A DNA stretch of 63,556 bases, the filler included, from Thraustochytrium aureum (Eukaryota): the NCBI GenBank assembly GCA_012862495.1. It is 8 parts of 3 records of this genome, joined end to end, with 100 filler letters (N's around TTAATTAATTAA, not from the genome) between each part and the next. Parts side by side here need not be neighbours in the genome. Positions count along the whole stretch, not along the records: positions 1 to 22,546 come from BLSG01000325.1; 7 more parts are not named here. One strand, written 5' to 3'. The notes beneath the pieces were generated by a model that was given only the letters and a program-made list of their open reading frames with translations, made no database searches and had not been told where the DNA came from. The position numbers and the translations under genes are program-made. This document shows, piece after piece, positions 1 to 11,495 of this stretch (its first letter is position 1; each line of letters begins with the position of its first letter).

Positions 1-28
1 AACGCCATCCTGGGGACAAACCCGGCGG

Positions 29-3000
29 CTACGCTTCAATGTAAAGTGGTGCGTATTTACGAAGCACACGGCACTTGTTGTCCCACCAGCAATGTGGACG
101 CAGCGGAGCCTGGAAGCTGTCCTCAGCAGCGTTTGATAGTCCTCGGTAGTTCCGCGTGACCTTGCGACAGGCGGTCCGAGCCTTTTTCCGGTTCCTCGAG
201 AGGCGAGTGTCCTGGTTGATGGCTTCGCATGGGTTGGCTTTGCGCACAGCTGGCGCGCAGATTTGATTCTTCATTTGCAGTGCAATCTGCTCGGGGGAAT
301 CCTTCACACGGGGGTCTGCTGCGAGCCAGATTGCGTCGCACGCACACTTGTAAAAGGCCTTCGACTTGGACCTGGCGTCCGACTGGAAGCAAATGATCGT
401 GGTGTTGAATTCGCCGCGGTATTCTGCGGCAGCCGTGCAGGCTTGTCTGGTCGACTGGGCTCGGTTCTTGAACCTTCGAGTGTATGGCTCGCCATCGGAG
501 AGGATAATGATGGCCGGGTTTGGTCGCGTCTCGGCCAGCTTGACTCCGTGATCTTCACCAAAAACACCCTCCAGCATCGAGAACGACCTCCTGCTATTTC
601 TGCCTTCCACGTAGGATTTCACTGTCTGCCGCACATATATTTCATCTGTGCTGGCAGCTTCCATATCGACGACAGAGATGATGTCAACGTAGTCCGCAGC
701 GAACGACGTAAGGGCGATCGAGACCTTTTGGTTGCCAATGGGCAGCACATCAATCATAGCCCCCACTACTGCTTTTTGTTTGGCGTGCTGTCGGTTGTTC
801 ACACTCCACGACTCGTCTACAGCAATCAGAACGCTCGCTTCTTTGCAATCACTGAACGTTGTCGGGGCAGAGGTTGGAGACATCGTCGGGAATGTTGGAC
901 TTGACGTGGGGCTCTCCGAAGGCTCATTCGTAGGGCTCGACGTGGGGTTGCTCGACGGGCTTGAGCTTGGTGCGTACGACGGGCTTGAGCTTGGTGTGAA
1001 CGACGGGCTCGAGCTTGGTGCGTACGACGGGCTTGAGCTTGGCGCAAAAGATGGACTTGACGTCGGCTCTGATGACGGACTTGTGCTTGGCGCGCTCGAC
1101 GGGCTTGTACTTGGGGCGTTCGACGGGCTTGACGTTAACTCTGCTGAAGGACTCAAGCTTGGCGCGTGAGAAGGGCTTGAACTCGGTGTGGAGGAAGGAT
1201 TCGTACTCGGTGCGTTCGACGGGCTTGAACTTGGCGCAAAAGATGGACTTGACGTCGGCTCGGAGGACGGACTTGTGCTTGGCGCGCTCGACGGGGTTGG
1301 CGTTATCTCCAATGCAGGACTCAAGCTTGGCGCGTGGGAAGGACTCGACGATGGCGCGTTCGACGGACTTGTACTTGGCGCAAAAGATGGACTCGAGGTT
1401 GGTGCGAACGACGGACTCGAGTTGGCGCGTCCGAAGGACTTGTACTTGGTGCGAACGACGGACTCGAAGTTGGCGCGTCCGAAGGACTTGTACTTGGTGC
1501 GAACGACGGGCTTGATGTCAACTCCGATGCAGGGCTCAAGCTTGGCGCATGCGAGGGATTCGAGCTTGGCNNNNNNNNNNNNNNNNNNNNNNNNNNNNNN
1601 NNNNNNNNNNNNNNNNNNNNNNNNNNNNNNNNNNNNNNNNNNNNNNNNNNNNNNNNNNNNNNNNNNNNNNNNNNNNNNNNNNNNNNNNNNNNNNNNNNNN
1701 NNNNNNNNNNNNNNNNNNNNNNNNNNNNNNNNNNNNNNNNNNNNNNNNNNNNNNNNNNNNNNNNNNNNNNNNNNNNNNNNNNNNNNNNNNNNNNNNNNNN
1801 NNNNNNNNNNNNNNNNNNNNNNNNNNNNNNNNNNNNNNNNNNNNNNNNNNNNNNNNNNNNNNNNNNNNNNNNNNNNNNNNNNNNNNNNNNNNNNNNNNNN
1901 NNNNNNNNNNNNNNNNNNNNNNNNNNNNNNNNNNNNNNNNNNNNNNNNNNNNNNNNNNNNNNNNNNNNNNNNNNNNNNCGAGCTTGGCGCATGCGAAGGA
2001 CTCGAGCTTGGCGCATGCAGGGACTCGAGCTTGGAGCATGCGAGGGACTCGAGCTTGGCGCATGCGAAGGACTCGAGCTTGGCGCGTGCGAAGGACTTTG
2101 ACTTGGTGCGAACGAAGGACTCGACGTCGGCGCAGACGACGGACTTGAACTTGGCGCGAACGACGGACTCGACGTTGGTCCGTACGAAGGACTTTGACTT
2201 GGTGCAATCGAAGGGCTTGAGGTGGGTCCTTGCGTTGGCAACGATGGTGCGATCGAAGGGCTCGAGGTGGGCTCTTGGGTAGGCAACGAGGGGGCGCTCG
2301 TTGGAGCAATTGTCGGAAACTCAGTTGGGTATGACACGGGGATTGTTGCAGGGCACTCCGGTATCGGGCCGACTGAGAATCTCAAGACGCTGCCGACTCC
2401 TTGCTCGACTTGGTAGAAACCGTAGTACCTCGGCTGCAGCAGCATTAGCTGACTTGACAAGTATGCCTCCCCACAAAGACCCACCGATGCTGTGACTGGC
2501 GCGCCTGAGCATTTGAAGTCGAACGAGCTGTTTCGACTGATGACGTTGCGCGTTAGCAGCAGGGTAGAACCAGGAGAGGCTGCCGCAAATGACTCTTGAG
2601 AGCCATCTGAGGCTTGCACAGAAATCTCTGCGGTCCCAGTGCATGCGGCCGAGATTTCCGCGACTTTGCAACCGCATGGCGGCAGCGCGAACGGGCAGTT
2701 CGGCAAAAACGAGACCACTTTATTGAAGTCCAGGTTGTCGAGGTCGAGCGGCAAGAGGTCCATAAGCTCGTCGAAAACGCTTACCCCATTAAACAAGCCC
2801 GCGTCAGCATTGGGGCCGACTGGGACATACACGAACCGATCGATGCCGGCAAAGAATGCGAGCTCGTCGAGGGCGTCCTCCAGATCAAAAGTTGCTGATT
2901 GCGGCGCGCTCTGTCCCACTGCAAAAAACACCAGAACGAGCTGCCTGCCCGCCGCCTTGACGTTCTGATCGCGGCCAAAGTACTCGAGCAGCTCGGTCAG

Positions 3001-3393
3001 CACCTGGCTGGTGCCCGAGACCCCACCGGACCAGGAGAGGGTCCCTATGAAGTCATTAAACGCTTCCAAGCTCGTCGCAGCGCCGAGATTCAGGGACGAG
3101 TGCTCGGAAGGGTTGCTGACAAGTGACCCGTCGGAGAACTCGACCACGCCGTGCCTGTTTCCGCTGGGTAGCGAGCCCACGCCGATTGCGTCCACAGCGT
3201 CTTTCACCATGTCGAGCAGCGCCTGGTACTCGGTGCTGCTAATCTGGTCCGACTCGTCCAGGACCCAAACGATGTCATACGGGGCTGTTGCCGCTGTGCA
3301 CGACGACACGCTTTGGGCAGCGGTCGACGCCGCCGCCAGCAGCACCACGGCCGCGGCCCACGCGGCCGCTGCCCACGGCGAAAGCCCGAGCAT
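29..3393 (-). CDS. Secreted adhesin/mucin-like protein: signal peptide, vWA domain, long PS/T-rich repeat stalk, second vWA domain, Cys-containing tail
   Basis: ATG at 3393 gives signal peptide MLGLSPWAAAAWAAAVVLLAAASTAAQ. vWA1 has YDIVWVLDESDQIS...GVVEFS. (PSSSPSxA/PTSSP)n repeats run ~850-2330 across an N gap with indels. vWA2 has VLIAVDESWSV...IIILSDGEP. Stop at 29. Confidence 0.8.
860..2330 (-). repeat. Coding tandem repeats (~24 bp units) encoding the PSSSPSxA mucin-like stalk
   Basis: Repeated gagcttggcgc/gacgggcttga units; the assembly gap 1571-1978 lies inside the array. Confidence 0.9.
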
Positions 3394-4577
3394 TGCGCGC
3401 TTTCTTGGTGGTCGCTCTCGGTCTCTCCAGTCTGGCGCTCGAAGGCTCGCTCGGCCTTGCGTGGTCCTTTGGGGTCTGCTCGCCTCGCGCAGTTTTTTGG
3501 TGCAACACCGTTCACCCTCCTCAACACTTGCGCGATTCCGTGCCAGTGCCTCATACACAAAATACCTGCTCGAAGTTGGTGCATGCATTCAATCAAAGTG
3601 GTGGCCGTGCACACCCGAATAANNNNNNNNNNNNNNNNNNNNNNNNNNNNNNNNNNNNNNNNNNNNNNNNNNNNNNNNNNNNNNNNNNNNNNNNNNNNNN
3701 NNNNNNNNNNNNNNNNNNNNNNNNNNNNNNNNNNNNNNNNNNNNNNNNNNNNNNNNNNNNNNNNNNNNNNNNNNNNNNNNNNNNNNNNNNNNNNNNNNNN
3801 NNNNNNNNNNNNNNNNNNNNNNNNNNNNNNNNNNNNNNNNNNNNNNNNNNNNNNNNNNNNNNNNNNNNNNNNNNNNNNNNNNNNNNNNNNNNNNNNNNNN
3901 NNNNNNNNNNNNNNNNNNNNNNNNNNNNNNNNNNNNNNNNNNNNNNNNNNNNNNNNNNNNNNNNNNNNNNNNNNNNNNNNNNNNNNNNNNNNNNNNNNNN
4001 NNNNNNNNNNNNNNNNNNNNNNNNNNNNNNNNNNNNNNNNNNNNNNNNNNNNNNNNNNNNNNNNNNNNNNNNNNNNNNNNNNNNNNNNNNNNNNNNNNNN
4101 NNNNNNNNNNNNNNNNNNNNNNNNNNNNNNNNNNNNNNNNNNNNNNNNNNNNNNNNNNNNNNNNNNNNNNNNNNNNNNNNNNNNNNNNNNNNNNNNNNNN
4201 NNNNNNNNNNNNNNNNNNNNNNNNNNNNNNNNNNNNNNNNNNNNNNNNNNNNNNNNNNNNNNNNNNNNNNNNNNNNNNNNNNNNNNNNNNNNNNNNNNNN
4301 NNNNNNNNNNNNNNNNNNNNNNNNNNNNNNNNNNNNNNNNNNNNNNNNNNNNNNNNNNNNNNNNNNNNNNNNNNNNNNNNNNNNNNNNNNNNNNNNNNNN
4401 NNNNNNNNNNNNNNNNNNNNNNNNNNNNNNNNNNNNNNNNNNNNNNNNNNNNNNNNNNNNNNNNNNNNNNNNNNNNNNNGCTCAACGTTGTACTACCGAT
4501 GAAGTACTCGTACAGTGGAAAGACGAGGACATGTCTCGAGTGGGTCAGACAGACTCCAAACCACTCCAGACCACTTC

Positions 4578-4602
4578 GCAGGCAGGCACGCAGGCACGCA
4601 GC

Positions 4603-4634
<32 letters not shown>

Positions 4635-4641
4635 CACGCAG
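4578..4641 (+). repeat. (GGCA)n/(GCAG)n microsatellite
   Basis: gcaggcaggcacgcaggc... The same repeat occurs at ~8040-8105, 22372-22392 and 35760-35806, mostly near gene starts. Confidence 0.85.
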
Positions 4642-4767
4642 CTAGCCAGAGAGGCGGCCCGGTGGCAGGAAGCGCGGCCCGGCGCGAGGAGGACGAGGCG
4701 CCTCGCTCGGCTGGACGCACGGCCGGACACCTCGGTTGCAACGGACGCCGGAAGGGGCGCGCGCGGA

Positions 4768-5956
4768 ATGGAGGACGCCGTGCAGTGCAGGATTTGCTTG
4801 GACGGCGACGGGGAGCTGGCGCAGAAGGAAGCGTTTGCCATTGATGCGCTCTGCCTCGGAGGCCAGAAGGAGCCCGGCGAGGAATGGTGAGTTGGGGGCG
4901 GGTTTGGGACGGGTTGGGACGGACGGACGGACGCGGAAACGGCGTCGGCGGCCGTTGTCGGCCGTCGCTCCGGGCCGCGGATGCGGGCTTTGAAACGCGG
5001 CGCGGATTCAGCTGACGCTTTGGCGCTGCGCGGGTGGCTACTGGGATTGAGCGAAGGGTCTCCCCGTGCGCATGCAGAGGGACGCAGAAATGGGTGCATC
5101 TCGGGTGCCTGCGCGCGTGGCAGTCCGTTTGCATGAAGAACAGAAACTTGCACAAGGCAGCGGTTTGCTCGGTCTGCCACGCACCATACTCGTACGCCCC
5201 GATCCAGGAAACGCTGGGGTTCCGACTCAAGCGCTGGATTGGGCGCTGCACAAAGCCGACCTGCCTCCTTTGGCCCGCCCTTTTCACCTTGCCCCTGCTG
5301 TTCCTGCTCCAGATCGCCGTGGCCTCCGTTGTGCTCGGCATGGTTAGCAGCTTTGCGAAAGCCGTCTTGCGCCCTGTGCGCGTTGGGCGCGCAGCAGAGG
5401 TGCACCCCGCCCGGGGGGCGGATGGAGCGCTGACGCGCCGCACGCTCGACCGCCACGCGATTCACCGCGCAAGGCTGGGCCCAGGCGTGGTGCTGGTGGC
5501 GTCTCCCAAAATGCGCAACGGGACTTTTGCTGGCGCAACCGTTCTTTTGGAAAAGTACGACCCCGAGTTGGGCGCGCAGGGCATTGTGCTAAACCATAGA
5601 CTCGCTCCATACGAGCGCCAGGTCATGACACGGCGGGGCCGTATCGCGGTTGGCAGCCACGTATGGGCCGGACGGGGCGGCCCGGTGGCCTCTGGCACAA
5701 TAACGGTGCTGCATGACCTGGAAGGCATTCCAGGAAGCACGTCCCTGGGCGGCGGCCTGTTCATTGGCCACTTCGCCTCGACCCGATACTTGGGGCTCGA
5801 GCATGCTGCCCACCGCCGTATCAAGGTCTCTTCGGCTGTTCGACGTGGACGCCAAACCAGCTCGAGCGCGAGATCGCAGCCGGGGTTTGGTCGATTCGTG
5901 AAGGCAGCGAAGCCGAGCGCCTCGGCCTGGCGCGCCTCGCTTTGGGCCTCCACTGA
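4768..5956 (+). CDS. RING-CH (RINGv/MARCH-type) E3 ligase with a hydrophobic segment and C-terminal DUF179 (AlgH/YqgE-like) domain; 2 exons
   Basis: Exon 1 4768-4886 (MEDAVQCRICLDG...EEW). Intron 4887-5056 (GTGAGT...GCTGAC...AAG). Exon 2 gives VSPCACRGTQKWVHLGCLRAW...CSVCH (C4HC3), a hydrophobic stretch, then VLVASPKM..FAGATVLL..GAQGIVLN..GGPV. After a 1-nt indel at ~5830 it reads FGCSTWTPNQLEREIAAGVW, with TGA at 5954-5956. Confidence 0.8.
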
Positions 5957-6370
5957 CTTGTGCGCGTGCACGCCGCGGGCAGCTGCGCAAGACACCCTGC
6001 TTTTGTTTTTTATTTTGCGGCCCGCGTACGCTCCGACCGCGCGCGCGACCAGGCCAGATTTATAAGATGTTTGGAATTCCGAATTATCTATATGGAAGAA
6101 CGCCCCCACGCTCGCGCCAGCACAAGCGCGCGGGCGTTCTCCACTTCAGTATCAGTTGGGCAGGTGGTGTGTCCCCTGCCATTTGGAGCGCGCAAGACCA
6201 GAGCGGCGCTCGCGGCAACGTCCGCCGACGGGGCCCACAAGTCGGCCGCCCCGTCACAACCCGCAAGAGCGAACCCACCACGACTCGGTCGAAGCGATCT
6301 GGAGCGAGAGCAGAGTAGCGATCAACCAGCCTCGTTGCCGGGCATCGCGCGTCGCGCCTCCACGGCCCGC

Positions 6371-7233
6371 TCAGTCGCTCTGGCCACTCTTCTCGTCCGA
6401 CGAAGAAAAGTCGAGCGCGTTGGCCGAAGCAAAGCCCAAGAGGCGGTCCGTATCAGCCAAGTCGCTGTCACCTTGGTCGTCGTCGTCAAACGTGAAACGG
6501 CGAGGGTCCGCCTTCAAGACGCCCTCTAAATGTGCGAGCGGGCTCGCCAGCATGCCTGGCGAGAGCGGAAACGAGACCGAGGGCGAAAAGATCGAGTGGC
6601 GCGGCGTGCTGGACGAGCATCCGAGCAGGTGGCTGTGCGAAGGCGAGGGCGAGGTGAGCATGAACGGCGAATTGAGAAAGTTGGACCGCGGAGTCGTTGC
6701 AAAGTTTGAGCCGCGGAGACCGTGAATCGGCGAGTGGAATTGTGACAGCCCCGAGCTCGAGAGCGGCGTAACCGAGCCACGCCGCTTGCTTTTCTGCGCC
6801 ACTGGGGTGCAAAGGCTCCCCGCGGCGGTTGCCTTGCGTGTCCCTTCTTTCGGTCCAGCCTCCGCCCCCACGACGGACGACGACGCGCTCGAGCTTGACG
6901 TCGCGCCAGCGTTTGTGTGGACCGACAGGGCCAAGGCCCTTCGCCGTGCCTGGCGCTGCCTTGGACCAGCTGTTCGTGGGGTGCGGCGCGGGTTGCGGCG
7001 AACGGCGGCGGGGCTCGCGTCGACGAGCGGCGAGAGCGAGAACGGGATCGGGCCCACGCCCGGGCTCCACTCGTCGGCGAACGTGTTGGCGCCGCCGCTA
7101 AGTCGAGCGGCCCGCTTTGCCGATGCAAGGGTGCCGTCAGCGGCCGGGGACCGCAACGGCGGCGAGGGGGTGCCCGCGTGAAGGCCGCCGCGGGGTTTGG
7201 GTGTATTGCAGCCCGACGGCGTGGTCCCGTGCG
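6371..7233 (-). CDS. 3' part of an Ser/Pro-rich low-complexity hypothetical protein; 5' end in the gap
   Basis: ORF 6371-7156 is dense in SP/TP sites (SPFMLTSPSP, TPRHSIFSP, PLSPGMLASP) with an acidic tail; no recognisable domain. Confidence 0.45.
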
Positions 7234-9433
7234 NNNNNNNNNNNNNNNNNNNNNNNNNNNNNNNNNNNNNNNNNNNNNNNNNNNNNNNNNNNNNNNNNNN
7301 NNNNNNNNNNNNNNNNNNNNNNNNNNNNNNNNNNNNNNNNNNNNNNNNNNNNNNNNNNNNNNNNNNNNNNNNNNNNNNNNNNNNNNNNNNNNNNNNNNNN
7401 NNNNNNNNNNNNNNNNNNNNNNNNNNNNNNNNNNNNNNNNNNNNNNNNNNNNNNNNNNNNNNNNNNNNNNNNNNNNNNNNNNNNNNNNNNNNNNNNNNNN
7501 NNNNNNNNNNNNNNNNNNNNNNNNNNNNNNNNNNNNNNNNNNNNNNNNNNNNNNNNNNNNNNNNNNNNNNNNNNNNNNNNNNNNNNNNNNNNNNNNNNNN
7601 NNNNNNNNNNNNNNNNNNNNNNNNNNNNNNNNNNNNNNNNNNNNNNNNNNNNNNNNNNNNNNNNNNNNNNNNNNNNNNNNNNNNNNNNNNNNNNNNNNNN
7701 NNNNNNNNNNNNNNNNNNNNNNNNNNNNNNNNNNNNNNNNNNNNNNNNNNNNNNNNNNNNNNNNNNNNNNNNNNNNNNNNNNNNNNNNNNNNNNNNNNNN
7801 NNNNNNNNNNNNNNNNNNNNNNNNNNNNNNNNNNNNNNNNNNNNNNNNNNNNNNNNNNNNNNNNNNNNNNNNNNNNNNNNNNNNNNNNNNNNNNNNNNNN
7901 NNNNNNNNNNNNNNNNNNNNNNNNNNNNNNNNNNNNNNNNNNNNNNNNNNNNNNNNNNNNNNNNNNNNNNNNNNNNNNNNNNNNNNNNNNNNNNNNNNNN
8001 NNNNNNNNNNNNNNNNNNNNNNNNNTCTCTAGACCAGGCTGGAAGGCAGGCCGGCAGGCAGGCAGGCAGGCAGGCAGGCAGGCTGGCTGGCTGGCTGGCT
8101 GGCTGGGAGGTGCCAGTTGCAGAATCGGGAATTATCAACGCAGCTCCCACCCTCGCACCGCGTGCGCAGAGCGGCAAGCACCGGGTCTACGCGCACGCTG
8201 CGGCGCCCAAGCAGGGCGCGACTCTGCCCGCGCCTGCAGCAGCGTCCGCTCTCGAGCGAGCAAGCAAGCGAGCCACGCTACCGCCTGCTGCTGCTACTGC
8301 TGCTGCTGCTGTTGCGTTCCTGCTCTGCCGCGGATTTTTTGAATTCCTTCCTTCTTTTCTTTCTCGCTCGCGCCGCTCTGTACTTTATTGTACTTTTTGT
8401 ATTTTATTGTTGTGTTTTATTGTATTTATTAGTTGGAGAGGCGACAAGCGGCAGAATTCGACGGCTGCCTCACATGTTGATGTGAGGCGAGGAGGACGCG
8501 CCTCTGGCATCGGGTGTGTGGAGGCGGAGTGGAACACACTGAATTCAAATGCGTTCCGCAGAAGCGACTGTCAACGAACGGGCGGTTGACTCTTTCATTT
8601 GACGAGTTCATGGCTTTTCATGGCCATGGCCGAGTCGTTCGGCCTGGCCGCGCCGCAGCAGACAGCGATCGATCGATTGCGGCGAGTCTGCTCTCCCATC
8701 CATGATAGGTACTACTCAGCTTGATAAAAACCACGCGAGTCGTCATCAGAAGCGAGCGGCCGGCGTGTACGTACATACATGGGTCCAACTTCGAGTCCGT
8801 GGTGCTCTTCGTGGCTTCCGCGTTCGGGTGCCGCTGTTTTTGCAATTGTTTTATTCTTTTTCTGCGAGGAATACGAGGATGACGCGGAGGCTTCATTTCA
8901 AACAATGCGCGGCCGCCGTTGCGAATGCGCGAGCGAGCGGTGCAGGCCTCATGTTGGTGTGGTGCTGGTTTCTTTTATTCCTTTTTGGAATTGAGGATTT
9001 GAAAGCGCTCTGCGATTCGCAGGTTTGCGAGTTTATCCGGTAAACGCGCCACGCTCACCCTCCGTCAACCGACACCTCCGTTGCTCTATAGAGCAACGCA
9101 GCTGTTGATGCACCCGCTTGAATGATGCAGCTGCTACGAGAGAGGCTAGCCGACGTGGCTTGCAATGGCTCAGCGCATCGCTCCCTGTGGCTAAACGCGG
9201 GAGGCTTCCGCGTCGTGTGGAGCCGCCTGTGGATTGGTGTATGGTAACGAGCATGTTACGGCGCGGCGCTCCTAAAGTGCCAAAGAGGCTGAGAACCTGT
9301 ACACTTCGCTCCTCCGTATTCTGAACGTCATGAGTAAGGATGCTTTGCTTCGCTGTGAATGGCGCGAGCGTGTCGAGTCCTGCGTTCCGTGGACAGACCA
9401 ATCCCGCGGCAGAACACCAACTCGGTAGATGCG

Positions 9434-10537
9434 ATGGGAGCGGACAAGTCGCTGTGCTCAGACGATGCAGACTGCGCGGCGCCTGCCGTTTGCCAGGCGT
9501 CAAGCGATGCGTCATCACGGACGTGCTCAACGCCGCTCGGCGACACAGCGCGCGGCAGCTCGCTCGTGGAGTTGGCCGAGCCCGTGCTGGCCGAGAAACT
9601 CGTGTGGAATTGCTTCTTCCTCCTCGCGCTGGTGAGTGTGTTTTTGCTCGCAAGCAGGGTCAACTGGAAGCGCGTGAAGAAGCTGGTGGTTCCCGTCGCC
9701 TGTTTGCTCGTCGGGGTGACGGCCGGCATCCTGAACGTGTTCCACAACCGAGCTCTTGGCCATGACCAAGGCATACCAAATCCTCGTTGCTGTCTACTTT
9801 CATTGCATGGGGCTTGGCGTCTTCGTCTTCTTGGACAAATACGAAGCTTACTCAAGGCGAGCTACCAGAAACGACGCGAGACGAGCAACAGGGGGCCAGA
9901 AGCCTCATCTTGACACCGGTCGCTCCTTTCTTGCAGCGGCCGCGGTGGTGCGCAAATACCGCGGAGCCGTCGGTTTCAGCAGGACCTCCAGGGCCGGGCG
10001 GGCCTTTAAGGCGTTTGCCGTGCTGATCAACTTGGTCGCGCCTGTCGTCTACCTGGCAGGCACGTACCTCGACAACTCAAAAGTGAGGCGAGTTGGCATG
10101 GCCATGGCGGGATCAATACTTTCTTGCTTGGCATCTACACGACATGGTTCCTCTACCCCGTGCTTTTTGACCAACAGCAGCTCAGGCAATTGATGCAGGG
10201 GCTCAATCGTCCCGCAGATGACCCTGTCGCACGCCGGGTCGCGAGCGGCATTCAACGAACGAAGCGCCTCATCTTGGCCATGCTATGCGCTTCAGCGATC
10301 GTCTGTGCTCAGGGCCTGGCCGTTGCCTTCAGCGATCTCATGTTTGTTTACTCTGGGGTCCACATGGCCTGCACGTGTTTGATCCTCGTTTCTTTGCAGG
10401 TTGTCATGACCGCGAGCACTGCACCAAAGCCAAGCAAATCCACGCAAGGCACCTTGGCCGCAAGCAGCACTGTCTACGCGATGTCATCCGACCTTCTCCT
10501 GCGGCAAGCGTCTTCCGCGGCCAAGGTTCGTTCGTAG
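9434..10537 (+). CDS. Multi-pass membrane protein (about 6-7 TM) with a short Cys-rich N-terminus; split by indels at ~9755 and ~10125
   Basis: Three consecutive overlapping ORFs with hydrophobic helices (LVWNCFFLLALVSVFLL; YQILVAVYFHCMGLGVFVFL; FAVLINLVAPVVYL; LILAMLCASAIVC; MACTCLILVSLQVV). Confidence 0.55.
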
Positions 10538-10816
10538 CGAAAGACCCTGCTCGCGGTTGAAGCGAATTCGCGACGATGGCGGTCCTTGCGGCGCTGTCCG
10601 CCATCCAGCGCTGAAGCTCGTCTAAAGAAAAGCTCGCAGTAGGTAGATCCCGGACGAAGTGTCTCCACATCTGTTCGAACGGCCGAGGTGCCTCCATGCT
10701 GCTCCATGCTGGTGAACGGTCCATGCTCTCCATGCTGGCCCTGCTGGGGTATCAAAACTAAAAACAGCGGGTTTAGAGAAAGGTCATAATGCGGGTGGCA
10801 GGCGTCTCGTGAGAGT

Positions 10817-10898
10817 GGACGGATGCCCGAGTGGTCTAAGGGGTCTGACTTGAAATCAGATGTGCTTGCACGCGTCGGTTCAAATCCGGCTCCGTTCG
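10817..10898 (+). tRNA. tRNA-Ser(UGA)
   Basis: Acceptor stem GGACGGA/TCCGTTC with discriminator G; D-loop CGAGTGGTCTAAGG; anticodon arm TCTGA-CTTGAAA-TCAGA; long variable arm; T-loop GGTTCAAATCC. Confidence 0.95.
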
Positions 10899-10903
10899 CT
10901 GTC

Positions 10904-10920
10904 TTTTTTTTCTTTTTTTT
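10904..10920 (+). terminator. Pol III oligo-T terminator of tRNA-Ser
   Basis: T-runs begin 5 nt after the tRNA 3' end. Confidence 0.8.
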
Positions 10921-11005
10921 CGCATTCGGAAAACAAAACGATCCGTTGGCATTTTGGTTGATGCTCCCGACCAGACCCGAACGGCACCGAGCCACGCAAC
11001 ATCAG

Positions 11006-11070
11006 CAGCTCTTGCGGCAGCTCTTGCGGCAGCTCTTGCGGCAGCTCTTGCGGCAGCTCTTGCGGCAGCT
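11006..11070 (+). repeat. 12-bp tandem repeat (GCAGCTCTTGCG) x~5
   Basis: Seen directly in the sequence. Confidence 0.9.
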
Positions 11071-11495
11071 ACTGCAGAAGCAGCATCGCGACTGCGACGA
11101 GTTGGCGTTCACTTGCAAGGCCTTCCTTCCCTCCGCNNNNNNNNNNNNNNNNNNNNNNNNNNNNNNNNNNNNNNNNNNNNNNNNNNNNNNNNNNNNNNNN
11201 NNNNNNNNNNNNNNNNNNNNNNNNNNNNNNNNNNNNNNNNNNNNNNNNNNNNNNNNNNNNNNNNNNNNNNNNNNNNNNNNNNNNNNNNNNNNNNNNNNNN
11301 NNNNNNNNNNNNNNNGCGCGACGCAAGGAGCAAAGTCCGAACTCGAAAGCCTTGCCAGTCTCTCGAGGCTGGCAGCGACCTGACTCCGCGTCCGTGTGGA
11401 GCGCGAATCGGGTGGCCGCGCGCTGGCGCGCTCGAAGGAGCAGCGGCTCGGACGGGCCGGTTGAGACGGACGGGCCGGTTGAGACGGACGGCGCG

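Noticed and set aside
860..2330. Regular repeats resembling a CRISPR array
   Set aside because: They are in-frame coding mucin repeats without unique spacers; the context is eukaryotic and there are no cas genes.
10817..10898. Possible selenocysteine or suppressor tRNA
   Set aside because: The anticodon is TGA (reads Ser UCA), not TCA, and the stems have the canonical 7/5 tRNA-Ser geometry.
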